64,000 bases of DNA from Candidatus Obscuribacterales bacterium (GTDB taxonomy: Bacteria > Cyanobacteriota > Vampirovibrionia > Obscuribacterales > Obscuribacteraceae). Numbering within the stretch: position 1 is the first letter of the stretch; every line of letters begins with the position of its first letter. Positions 17,588-28,774 of this stretch are shown here, one piece after another. The notes under the pieces were generated by a model. It worked only from the letters and a program-made list of their open reading frames with translations, searched no databases and was not told the origin of the DNA. The position numbers were made by a program, and so were the translations under genes. Where the stretch lies: contig CBDDIJ010000002.1 of NCBI GenBank assembly GCA_965228855.1, positions 2,208,001 to 2,272,000 of the forward strand. Direction: 5' to 3'.

Positions 17588-20500
17588 TTAGGGCAGCTGC
17601 GGAAATTGGGCTTTGCGCTTGATGGAGGCTTGTATTTGCTTGCTCAGATCGCTCTCATCGCTCAGCTGATACGCTTTTTCTTTGCTTAGAGAAAAGACGT
17701 GAAGGTCGATCTTTGTTTTGTGATCTTCGGAGCTGACTTTATAGAGGTTGTTGATTTCGCGAAGGGCGTCATACTGCGCTCCCTCTGGCACCGACACTCC
17801 TCCGCGCGGGAGTTCCAAGAATACAGCGTCATTCGAGAAATCACTGGAAACGGCATCCGGAAGTTTCGTCGGTATGCATTGCTCGTCCGTGCAGATTACT
17901 GTAAGACTGTGCACCACGAGGTCTTTGCCCATGGCTTTCGCGTCCTCGATAACTTTGAGGGCTTCTTCTGCATCTTTGACTTTGAACTTAGTTTGCTTTT
18001 CAGCTTCTTTCTCTGCTTTAGCAGGCAGGATGTCGCTTGCTTTTGGAAGTGTTGGCTCGAAGTTGAATGCTGGTTTTACTTCCGGTTTGACCTCTGGCTT
18101 CGTCGCTTCTGGTGGCGTAGGTAGTACCATTGGTTCTGGATTGATCTGTCGCGGTTGTGTGGGCGCTTCTGGCTTCACACCGAGTTCCGGCTTTGCTTCT
18201 GGCTGAACTGTCTCTTCCGGTTTAAAGTTTTCCGGTGTCACTTCTGGTTGAACCTGAGTTTCAGGTTTGACTTCAGTTTGAGGTGGTACCACCTGTGGTG
18301 GTGGTGCCTGTTCTGGTCTGCGGCTCTCGGGTTGCGGTGGAAGCTCAGGTTTTGCCTCGGGCTTGGTTTGCGGTTCTAGTTTAACCTCGGTCTCAGGTTT
18401 CACTTTCACTTCCGCTTCCGGTTTCACGTCCGGCTTCTTTTGCTCCGGTTCAGCCGGGGTTGCATCAGGCTTCGGAACCGCTGACTCCGGTGGTGGAACT
18501 GGTTTACCTTCGAGAAGCGCTCTAACAGCTGCCTCACTGTTCCCTTTCGATAGATCTACGCCGCTCTTTTTGAGGAAGCTAACAATCTCCTCAGGCGATT
18601 TTGCTGCTTCGGTGCAACCTTTTGGTTGACCAAAGTTGCCCGGCGCGAATGCGCTCAGATGCGAGCTTCCGTCTTGCGCGACGTCAGGGGTTCTCAGCAT
18701 AGCGTTCTTCAAAGCGTAGAACTTGCTGGTTTCAAGTCCGCGTTGCAGCATGCCATCGGCAGTCTGCCTGTTTATCTTAACTGCTGATGCCAGCCCATTC
18801 TCGCTGAGGTATTGCATCGCTTTTGCCAGATTCTCATTGGCACCTTTTCCGCTCTCCAGATACGAAAGCATCGGGACATTTTTTGCTTTCGCGGCTTGCT
18901 GGGCGGCTTGAACATCGGTTTCACTCATTACGCCGGGAGGAAGGGCCGACTCAGCTCCTCGAGTTTCTTTCGGTGCTGGACGGTCCTGTTGGCTATCGCT
19001 GCCCGGTGTGCCCTTGTTTGTGCCGAGGTTTTCTTTTCCAGCAGCTACCAGGTTGCGCAGGTGGTTTATATCACCGCCGTATCCGTTGAGCGAACGTCCG
19101 GAAGCGTCTTGTCTCAAAGGTCTCGACATGTCGTTCGGATTGTAGACTGCAACTTCGGGGAAGCGGCTGTTGTTGATCGGCATGATCTGGTTGATCATGT
19201 TGAACAGTGCAGGGTCGTTGCGCTGGATGTTGTCGCGAGTCGCTTCGTAGTTGAGTTTAACGATCACCGCATCAGTAGTCGGTTTGTTCTTGAGCTCGTT
19301 AGCAAAGCTGTCCACTGTCGAGCTGACTCTCGGGCAGTTGCCGCAGAAATCAGCGCCTTTATAGACGATCACGGGCAGATTATTGTCCTTGGCAGTTTGG
19401 ATTGCTTCGGCGAGGCTGTAGCTGTCAAATTTGAGCTTGTCCAGCTTAACCGGCTCTTTCTCAGGCTGCTTCTCTGTGTTGTCCTTCGGTGCGTCCGGAT
19501 TATCTTTCTGAGCATCCGGTTTTGGAGATTCCGGTTTCTCACTATCAGGTTTCGGACTGTCAGGCTTCGGCGCATCAGGTCCTACTTTCGGTGCATCAGG
19601 CTGCACAGGGGCATCTGGTTGCTGTGCAGGGGGCTTCACTTGACCAGCGAAAACAGTTTTGAGGTCGCCTGTTGCAGCGGCTTTTAAACTGTTCTTCGGA
19701 TCGTTTGCATTGAAATCAGTTGCGTTGAAACGGCCCATGAACCCAGGGTTCTGATAGAGATTGTTGACGTCGCCGCCTGCTCCGCACAGATTGGCGAGCT
19801 GCCAGTAATTTGTTGTCTCCAATCCTGCTCGCATCATCTGGTCCGCGTGTGCAAAATTGATATTGACGAATACGGCGTCGGCGGCATTCGCCTTCATAGC
19901 GTCTTGCTGGGCCTGATCGAGCTGACCGTTCGGCGATGAAAAAACATAGATAGGTTGATTCTTACTCTGCGCAAGTTTGATTGCTTCGCCAACATTGTTT
20001 TCGTTGAAAACCGGGTTAGGTTGCTTCGGCGCGTCGCCTGGTTGCGCTGGTTGATCTCCTGGCTTGACCGGCGCATCTGGTTTTACCGGTGCGTCCGGTT
20101 TTACAGTGCCGTCTGGCTTCGCTGGTGTATCCGGCTTGGGATCAGCGTCTTGGGGGGTGGTGGTATCGCCGGGCTTTGTCGGTTTCTGTTCAGGCGTCGT
20201 TGGAAACAGATCGCCTGGTACTGTCCACTCGCCGAACGGGTCGAATGGATCGTTTGTCTCGCCGCTCTTGGTGCCCTTTTCGTCAGGCTTGTTCACTTCA
20301 CCAGGTTTTGGAAGGTTAGTAAATTCTGGAGCGAAAGGATCTGTCAGCACGTCCGGGAGCTTGCCGTCGGCGGTTTTCGGCGGCGCCACCGGTCCAAGTT
20401 CGTTAAACTCTCGACCAAACGGGTCAGTAGTAATATCAAGGTCGGTGTCGCTCTTTTCGCTCTTAGTGCCGGTCGCTGGCGTGTCAGTGGGCTGAGAATC

Positions 20501-20596
20501 GGCGAACAGCTTCATGTCCACATCGGTTGGAATTGTTTCGTCGCGCTCCGATTTGTCCAGTTTCGCCGGGGTATTGTCTGCCGCTTTTGCGCTCAT
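17588..20596 (-). CDS. Large Pro-rich protein with about four thioredoxin-like domains
   Basis: 1002 aa; repeated A...A...N.P..V pattern; KGADFCGNC in unit 2; PDAPK/KPE linkers; GAGG RBS. Confidence 0.75.
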   Translation of the reverse strand: MSAKAADNTPAKLDKSERDETIPTDVDMKLFADSQPTDTPATGTKSEKSDTDLDITTDPFGREFNELGPVAPPKTADGKLPDVLTDPFAPEFTNLPKPGEVNKPDEKGTKSGETNDPFDPFGEWTVPGDLFPTTPEQKPTKPGDTTTPQDADPKPDTPAKPDGTVKPDAPVKPDAPVKPGDQPAQPGDAPKQPNPVFNENNVGEAIKLAQSKNQPIYVFSSPNGQLDQAQQDAMKANAADAVFVNINFAHADQMMRAGLETTNYWQLANLCGAGGDVNNLYQNPGFMGRFNATDFNANDPKNSLKAAATGDLKTVFAGQVKPPAQQPDAPVQPDAPKVGPDAPKPDSPKPDSEKPESPKPDAQKDNPDAPKDNTEKQPEKEPVKLDKLKFDSYSLAEAIQTAKDNNLPVIVYKGADFCGNCPRVSSTVDSFANELKNKPTTDAVIVKLNYEATRDNIQRNDPALFNMINQIMPINNSRFPEVAVYNPNDMSRPLRQDASGRSLNGYGGDINHLRNLVAAGKENLGTNKGTPGSDSQQDRPAPKETRGAESALPPGVMSETDVQAAQQAAKAKNVPMLSYLESGKGANENLAKAMQYLSENGLASAVKINRQTADGMLQRGLETSKFYALKNAMLRTPDVAQDGSSHLSAFAPGNFGQPKGCTEAAKSPEEIVSFLKKSGVDLSKGNSEAAVRALLEGKPVPPPESAVPKPDATPAEPEQKKPDVKPEAEVKVKPETEVKLEPQTKPEAKPELPPQPESRRPEQAPPPQVVPPQTEVKPETQVQPEVTPENFKPEETVQPEAKPELGVKPEAPTQPRQINPEPMVLPTPPEATKPEVKPEVKPAFNFEPTLPKASDILPAKAEKEAEKQTKFKVKDAEEALKVIEDAKAMGKDLVVHSLTVICTDEQCIPTKLPDAVSSDFSNDAVFLELPRGGVSVPEGAQYDALREINNLYKVSSEDHKTKIDLHVFSLSKEKAYQLSDESDLSKQIQASIKRKAQFPQLP

Positions 20597-20848
20597 CGGG
20601 GGTTTGCCTCGCTAACAACTTCGGACTTCAGACTAAGGAGAATTTGTGTAGTTTTAGTATCCAAATTTGCCTTGCCGGGCAAAGATTTGCGGTTTTTACG
20701 GTCCCGAAAAGCAGATTTAATTTTGGCGGTCACCAACAAAAGCGTCGCTTCGTTCATACTCACCCTTTGAAATTACGATATTTCGTCGATTGACCTGGAA
20801 TCAGTCGTCGCTAATCCTTTGAATAAACCTGTAGACTGGGAGGCAACC

Positions 20849-21448
20849 GTGACCGACAAACCTAAAGTGCTTTGCTTTGCAGGAAGCTTGCGTAAAGACT
20901 CACACAACAAGAAACTCGCCAGGTTGGCTGCCAGGCTAGTGGACGAGGCTGGTGGCCTAGCTACCTTTATCGATCTGAAGGACTTCGACTTACCTTTATA
21001 TGATGGTGATATTGAGTCGGAAAGCGGTCTGCCGGAAAACGCCAAAAAGCTCAAGAAAATCATGAAAGAGCATCAGGCGTTTTTGATTGCATCGCCTGAA
21101 TACAACAGCGCGCTTTCAGCCGTTTTGAAGAACGCAATCGACTGGACCTCGCGTCCTGAACAGGGTGAGAAAAGTCTCGAAGCCTATACCGGCAAAGTTG
21201 CCGGATTGTTGGCCGCCTCGCCTGGCGCGATGGGTGGTCTTCGCGGATTGGTCGGTTTGCGCTCGATTCTCGGAAATATCGGCGTCATCTTGATTCCCGA
21301 TCAAATCGCCATCTCGCAGGCGCACGAAGCATTTGATGATGACGGCTCCTTGAAGGATTCGAAGAAGCAGGAAACAGTTAAGCGCATTGCCTCGCGTGTC
21401 GTCGAAGTCGCCGGCGCGCTGGCGAAGCCGGTCGCCGTTTCCAAATAG
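20849..21448 (+). CDS. NAD(P)H-dependent FMN reductase (ChrR/SsuE family)
   Basis: AGSLRKDSHN, ASPEYN, LKNAIDW, SPGAMGG; GTG start with GGAGG. Confidence 0.9.
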   Translation: MTDKPKVLCFAGSLRKDSHNKKLARLAARLVDEAGGLATFIDLKDFDLPLYDGDIESESGLPENAKKLKKIMKEHQAFLIASPEYNSALSAVLKNAIDWTSRPEQGEKSLEAYTGKVAGLLAASPGAMGGLRGLVGLRSILGNIGVILIPDQIAISQAHEAFDDDGSLKDSKKQETVKRIASRVVEVAGALAKPVAVSK

Positions 21449-21624
21449 ATCAAGACTGCCGCCCGATGCCGTCAGGTCCACCCTGGCGTGATTTTGTGCG
21501 CTTATGAAAATTGACTTATGCGCGTTTTCGGCGTTGGCGGTTAAACTTATGTGATTCGGCCACATGGTCATAGCGCTGCTGACACGCCTCTCTATCGGTC
21601 GTGGGCATAGACGGGGTGTTTGTT

Positions 21625-22359
21625 ATGCATCTGGCGAAATGCCTGTTGAGTGAGTTTCTGGGTACTGCATTTTTGCTTGCCACGGTCGTCGGCTCTGGTG
21701 CTTTGATGCACAAGATTGATGGCGGTAATGTTGCTCTCACCGTCATGGGTGTTGCCCTTGCTACCGGATGTGTCTTGCTCGCTTTGATAAACACATTCGG
21801 CTCGATTTCGGCGCAATTCAATCCTGTTGTCACATTGCTCTCCGCTGTTCAAAAGAATCTGAAGTGGGAGAGTGTGGCGCCGTACATCGTGGTTCAAATC
21901 ATTGGCGCTATTGTCGGAGTGTTAGTCGCTAACATCATGTTCGAGGTGCAACCGTTTGCGATGTCCAGCGATGCGCGCACCGGTTATGGACAGTGGGCTG
22001 GAGAAATCATTGCCACGTTTGGTTTGGTTGGAACAATCATTGGCTGTTCTCGTTCGAAACCGGATGCGGTGCCCACATCAGTCGCTGCTTATGTAGCCGG
22101 CGCAATAATGTTCACCTCATCTACGTGCTTCGCCAATCCTGCTGTGACGATTTCGCGGATGTTCACTACGACGATAACCGGAATCAGAGCCGTCGACGTT
22201 GTTCCGTTTATTGTATTTGAACTGCTCGGAGCCGCGCTTGCCTACGGCGTCTTCACGTGGCTCTTCCGCGACGACAAACCGGTTGTGCCGGACACTTTTG
22301 TTCCAGGCGAAAAACATTTGCGACTGCTCGCAAACGAACCGTCGGATCTGATCTCCTGA
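21625..22359 (+). CDS. MIP-family channel, AqpS-like
   Basis: EFLGTAFLLATVVGSG, FNPVVT, FTSSTCFANPAVTISR, TGIR. Confidence 0.85.
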   Translation: MHLAKCLLSEFLGTAFLLATVVGSGALMHKIDGGNVALTVMGVALATGCVLLALINTFGSISAQFNPVVTLLSAVQKNLKWESVAPYIVVQIIGAIVGVLVANIMFEVQPFAMSSDARTGYGQWAGEIIATFGLVGTIIGCSRSKPDAVPTSVAAYVAGAIMFTSSTCFANPAVTISRMFTTTITGIRAVDVVPFIVFELLGAALAYGVFTWLFRDDKPVVPDTFVPGEKHLRLLANEPSDLIS

Positions 22360-22444
22360 GAAGCGTCCATATGTGTGGGATTGCTGACTGGGGTATAGTC
22401 AGTTGCGCTTGCGTTCTTCTGCATGCCGGAACTCAGTAGATTAT

Positions 22445-23602
22445 CTACCAGGCTGCCCTTCGCTTAGCTGGTCTCAGCGAGCGAACTGGAGTCTCTGGTT
22501 GTTTTGCACCTTCAAGTTCGAGCTTCCGTCCAATCACCTTTTCGATGTCGCGCATCAAGAAGATTTGTTCGTCCGACACGAATGAGTATGCTATGCCGGA
22601 ACGTCCTGCTCGACCGGTTCTACCGATGCGATGAACATAGTCTTCTGGCGAGTCAGGCAGATCGTAGTTGATGACGTGACTGATGTCCGGGATGTCCAGA
22701 CCGCGTGCGGCGATGTCCGTCGCGACGAGTACTTTGAATGCGCCTTTGCGATAACGCGAAAGAGTCTTCTCTCTTTGGCTCTGGGTGATGTCCCCGTGAA
22801 TTTCCTCTGCTGGAATTTGGGCGTCACGGAGTCGATCCATTACCCACGTCGCTTTGCGTTTGGTCTGCGTGAAAACGATCACTGATGTGCTCAGATCTCG
22901 GATTAGTTTTGCAAGTAATTCGTCCTTGCTGAACTCGTGTACGCGGAACATCTTTTGTTTGATTTCTTTGGGCTCGATTTGATTTGAATTAACACGAACA
23001 GTGACCGGATTTCGCAGAAACTCGCGAGCTAACATTTCAACTTTGCCGTCGATGGTGGCGGAGAACATCAATGTCTGACGCTCCTTCGACAGAGTTTTAA
23101 CTATGCGTCTGACTTGCGGCATGAATCCCATGTCTAGAAGTCTGTCCGCCTCATCCAGTACCAGCATCTCGATACCGGCGAGACTAACCGTTTTTCTCTC
23201 TAAATAATCGAGCATGCGGCCAGGTGTTGCGACGATTATGTCAGCGGTTTTTAGACCAGCTTTTTGTTTTTCGTAGCCGACGCCACCATATACGGTGACA
23301 CTGCGCAGCTTCCTGTGTTTTGCGAATTTCTCGAATTGTTCTTGCACCTGAAGCGCGAGTTCGCGCGTCGGAAGTAGAATCAGAGCTCTCGGATGGTGCT
23401 CCGGTTCGTCCAGACATTCAATGATTGGCAGAGCATAGGCTGCCGTCTTACCGGAACCGGTCTCAGCGGATGCCATTATGTCCTGCCCCGACATCGTCAG
23501 CCCGATCGTTTTATCTTGAATTTCAGTAGGTATCGTATAGCCGCATTCTGTCAACGCGGTAAGTGTCGGCTTGGAAAATCCAAGCTCTGCGAATGTAGTC
23601 AA
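22445..23602 (-). CDS. DEAD-box RNA helicase
   Basis: AETGSGKT, PTRELA, DEAD, SAT, ARGLD, HRIGRTGR; TTG start with AAGGA. Confidence 0.95.
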   Translation of the reverse strand: MTTFAELGFSKPTLTALTECGYTIPTEIQDKTIGLTMSGQDIMASAETGSGKTAAYALPIIECLDEPEHHPRALILLPTRELALQVQEQFEKFAKHRKLRSVTVYGGVGYEKQKAGLKTADIIVATPGRMLDYLERKTVSLAGIEMLVLDEADRLLDMGFMPQVRRIVKTLSKERQTLMFSATIDGKVEMLAREFLRNPVTVRVNSNQIEPKEIKQKMFRVHEFSKDELLAKLIRDLSTSVIVFTQTKRKATWVMDRLRDAQIPAEEIHGDITQSQREKTLSRYRKGAFKVLVATDIAARGLDIPDISHVINYDLPDSPEDYVHRIGRTGRAGRSGIAYSFVSDEQIFLMRDIEKVIGRKLELEGAKQPETPVRSLRPAKRRAAW

Positions 23603-23759
23603 TGTATGTTCCTTATTGCAACCATTGGCTTGTTAGCCAACTCATTTCGATAAAATCGGGAAACTTGTGATCCAGTCAACGCCTGTTCTTTTCTTTCCGT
23701 AGACCGAACCGCGATTCAAAAACGTCTTTCGTTTGCCGTTTCCCATCACTAATCGCCTT

Positions 23760-23788
23760 AGTATCTCATATTTAACCTTAGATGTCAA
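23760..23788 (-). promoter_or_regulatory. Sigma70 promoter for the DEAD-box gene (about 150-nt leader)
   Basis: TTGACA-17-GATACT with extended TG. Confidence 0.6.
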
Positions 23789-23884
23789 AAGAACCACGCA
23801 AGCAACGTTACTCCAGACCCGTTTTAGAACGTCTCCCTTCTTAGAAGCTCCAACTACTTACAGGCTCCGACTATCTTGAGGCTT

Positions 23885-24610
23885 CTAGTGGTTACGCACC
23901 TCTTTTTTAAATATGACGCATGGTGAGATGAACGCATCCTCAAACATTCCGCAAGGCGTCCATGCCTTACTGGTGCGGTTTTCAACAATCTCCGTCAGTG
24001 TGTTTTTATTATTGAACACTCCGCCGAATGCGTGCTCCACCGCGTACTGATAATTTTTACCTTCCGATTTAGTCATCAGGACCAGCGTCGGGCTGAGTCC
24101 TCCGTGAACGACACATTGCAAAGTGAGATCGTTTTTCATCTCTTGTGATGCTAATTCATGTTCTATCGTGGTGGCTGTATGTTCGAATAGCCCGATTGGG
24201 ACCGTTACAAGCTTGATTTGCATGTCGCTACACGGTTCGTACGATTTGCGGTAAACAACAACCGGTTTCGAAATCAAACTGTCAACGATACAAGCCGGAA
24301 TCCAGTTCTCCGCAAGTTTTTGCCAGAGCCGTTCACTTATATAAGACACTTCGTCGATACCGGCAGGTACGTCAAGCGTCTCGATTGTGTACCGGAGAAC
24401 CGTTCTTGGGTCTCGGACTTTTCTAAAAACCATTAATGTTTGGCGTACTTCGTCACCGCAAGTGTCGACAATCTCCCAGCCTTCAAGAGAACGTTGCAAA
24501 ATGAGGCGGGCTAAAGACTCCATTTCGTCTTCTTCGGGAAAGCGCTTGCGGACTGGTTCCACAATGTGATCGCACAGTACGAAACTGTTCGCTGTCGTAG
24601 ATGTAATCAT
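23885..24610 (-). CDS. Hypothetical protein with four DUF4177-like repeats
   Basis: GGAGG RBS; units ending GWEIV..VFRK, NWIPA..VYRK, LTLQC..LMTK, AWTPC..IFKK. Confidence 0.7.
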   Translation of the reverse strand: MITSTTANSFVLCDHIVEPVRKRFPEEDEMESLARLILQRSLEGWEIVDTCGDEVRQTLMVFRKVRDPRTVLRYTIETLDVPAGIDEVSYISERLWQKLAENWIPACIVDSLISKPVVVYRKSYEPCSDMQIKLVTVPIGLFEHTATTIEHELASQEMKNDLTLQCVVHGGLSPTLVLMTKSEGKNYQYAVEHAFGGVFNNKNTLTEIVENRTSKAWTPCGMFEDAFISPCVIFKKEVRNH

Positions 24611-24863
24611 GTTGTCCCTCCAATTGGGTGTTTTGATGTTGGCTGAGGGCGGAAGCCGAATCTGTTAGATGTCAACGAGACAGAGCGAAGAGAATTTTTG
24701 TTCCCACTGTTTCGAATTTTATTAACTGAATGAGACCTCTAATCTGAGGCTGGCAGCCGAATTCGTGATATTCTGACCTGGCCGTCGACCGATGGTCAGA
24801 GGAATAGCATTCAGCGCAATGCGCCTTCTTGTAACCGTTTACGGAGCTTTTCCGAAAGTTTCA

Positions 24864-25850
24864 ATGCGAGAAAACTGGAGCCGAGCTAGTCAAACACTTG
24901 AGTTCACTACGGACGAACTCACCAAGATGATCGCCCCAATTTTGCCCAAGCGGAAGGTGGTGGCCAGTTTCTACGCTCAAGGTGGACTGGCTAATACTAA
25001 TATTCGTTTGAAACTCAGTGATACTCAGACGCCACTAATGCTGCGGGTGTTCACTCGCGATCCTTCGCAGGCGGAGAAAGAATATCAAATCTATCAGCGC
25101 ATCAAAGGTCTGGTGCCTGTCCCGCAAGTGTACTTCTATTCCCCGACAAATCCAGTCTCCGGCCATCCTTACTCGATTATGCAAGTAGTCGAAGGCGATC
25201 GGTTGGAAACTCTTGTGGAAGGGCTGGATGACAGCTGGAGCGTGGAGGTAGGTCGAAGTGTGGGCGATGCACTTGCCGCCATCCATAGTGTCACATTTGA
25301 GCGCGCTGGATTTTTCGACGGGCAGTTGAACATAGTGACGCCAATCTCCCTGGGCGCAGATGGCTTTGTCGGTTTCGCTCAGAGTTGTGTTGAACAGAGT
25401 ATCGTACAGCAGCGTCTCGGCATTGATGTCGTTCATCAACTAATGACGTTAGTCAAATCGCAGTTGTCAGAGTTCGATTCGTGGCGCTCTGCTGCTTGTT
25501 TGACTCACGCGGATTTTGGTGGGTCTAATATCCTTGTGCGTAAACAACACGAAGGCTGGAAAGTGAGTGCTGTACTTGATTGGGAGTTTGCGCTCAGTGC
25601 GAGCCCATTCATGGATTTCGGTAATCTTTTGCGTAAACCGCTTGGTTCTGTTTACTCATTTGAAAGTTCCGTCTACGAAGGATACACCGCGCGTGGTGGC
25701 AGACTGCCGGATAATTGGCGCAAGCTCAGTAAACTCGTCGACTTGACCGCGTGGTTGGATTTCCTTACCAGACCTACTGCCAACGAAAGGTTGATCGAAG
25801 ATGCTCGCGCTGTTATCCTCGAAACGATAAACGAACACCGCTCGCGTTAG
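24864..25850 (+). CDS. APH/choline kinase-like phosphotransferase
   Basis: GGLANTN, VPVPQV, HADFGGSNIL, VLDWE. Confidence 0.85.
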   Translation: MRENWSRASQTLEFTTDELTKMIAPILPKRKVVASFYAQGGLANTNIRLKLSDTQTPLMLRVFTRDPSQAEKEYQIYQRIKGLVPVPQVYFYSPTNPVSGHPYSIMQVVEGDRLETLVEGLDDSWSVEVGRSVGDALAAIHSVTFERAGFFDGQLNIVTPISLGADGFVGFAQSCVEQSIVQQRLGIDVVHQLMTLVKSQLSEFDSWRSAACLTHADFGGSNILVRKQHEGWKVSAVLDWEFALSASPFMDFGNLLRKPLGSVYSFESSVYEGYTARGGRLPDNWRKLSKLVDLTAWLDFLTRPTANERLIEDARAVILETINEHRSR

Positions 25851-25962
25851 GCTATGACCTATCAACATTCACCTGCAACGAGCCGCGACTGAAATTGTGT
25901 TGTTCAAGATTGTTTCTTGTAAATTGGTGGCATAGGAAAGATGGTGCGTTTACGGAGACAAC

Positions 25963-26505
25963 ATGCGAAGCATCGCTTTCTTTCTCATTGTCCTTGGCGT
26001 TTCATACTTTGTGCTTACAGGCATCGAGTATGCTCGCAACATCCAGGCACAAAATTGGATTGAAACCGATGGCGTCGTCGTCAAGGCAATCAATAGCATT
26101 CCGCTCACCAAGTACGAGCCCAATCGATTGAATAACATTTGCTTGCTGGTCAATTGGTCGTACGTTAAGTATGGCTATTCAATCGGTGCCGGTCATTACG
26201 ATGGTGAATCTGAGCTTGGACCGCACCTGACCATGTTTGATTACATGGTCGGGCCGATTGCGGTTCGCTTACCAGACGGTGAGGTTATCAAAGTGCGCTA
26301 CAACCCGCGCAACCCTAACGAGTCCCGTTTACCGCTCGATGTCTTTCACCCGATCGAGATGTTTTTCGGAACGGCATGCGTTTTTTTCGTATCCGGACTG
26401 CTGCTCTATTACATGAGTAAGATATCGGTCACCGCCGAAGGTGACGACGATGAGTTGAACAAACCGCTAGAGTATTTCGAGAAAAAACGCCGCCAAATTA
26501 AGTAA
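25963..26505 (+). CDS. DUF3592-like membrane protein
   Basis: TM - W.ETDG.V - VKYGY - VRYNPRNPNES - TM; GGAG RBS. Confidence 0.75.
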   Translation: MRSIAFFLIVLGVSYFVLTGIEYARNIQAQNWIETDGVVVKAINSIPLTKYEPNRLNNICLLVNWSYVKYGYSIGAGHYDGESELGPHLTMFDYMVGPIAVRLPDGEVIKVRYNPRNPNESRLPLDVFHPIEMFFGTACVFFVSGLLLYYMSKISVTAEGDDDELNKPLEYFEKKRRQIK

Positions 26506-26547
26506 AGCGCCGTTTCTCGGAAGTTGAGTCGATCGACTCCGAGTCGG

Positions 26548-28335
<1,788 letters not shown>

Positions 28336-28409
28336 TTACATAGGGAGACGTGGGGACCGAAACCTTTCGTGATTCCAATCCCTGCTCGTTGTTTACTCTG
28401 TTTCATGTC

Positions 28410-28706
28410 TTAGTCCCCTATCCTCGGGACCCTGAAGAAGGCTTTTCCATCGACTTCTTCGCTGTCGGGAGCCGTCTCCAGCAAGGGCGCATGGCCAGGA
28501 GGTGGGACGACGACGTCCTCTCTCAACACGTTAACAACAGGCAGGGCGTGCGACATGGGTTCAACACCGGTAGTGTCGACTTTATCGAGTTGTCCGAAAT
28601 ATTCGATGATGCGGCTGAGCTGGTTGGTGTAAAGGCGCTTTTCATCTTCTGTTAGCGCCAATCTGGCCAGCTTCGCGACATGCTCGACATCTTTGGAGGT
28701 GATCAT
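28410..28706 (-). CDS. gatC: Asp/Glu-tRNA amidotransferase subunit C
   Basis: VEHVAKLARL, VDTTGVEPM, LRED, FFRVPRI. Confidence 0.95.
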   Translation of the reverse strand: MITSKDVEHVAKLARLALTEDEKRLYTNQLSRIIEYFGQLDKVDTTGVEPMSHALPVVNVLREDVVVPPPGHAPLLETAPDSEEVDGKAFFRVPRIGD

Positions 28707-28774
28707 CTCAAGTCCATGTTTAAGTTATGCCCGAACGCTTTCTGCTATTCTGCCATGAAGATTGCCTGGTGTGA

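Noticed and set aside
20660..20715. GGCAAA-containing hairpin resembling a c-di-GMP-I riboswitch
   Set aside because: No GNRA-capped P2 or GCAAAGC-type second stem.
21466..21490. CCGTCAGGTCC resembling the SRP RNA core
   Set aside because: Lacks the following GGAAGGAAGCAGC; forms only a short hairpin after the reductase gene.
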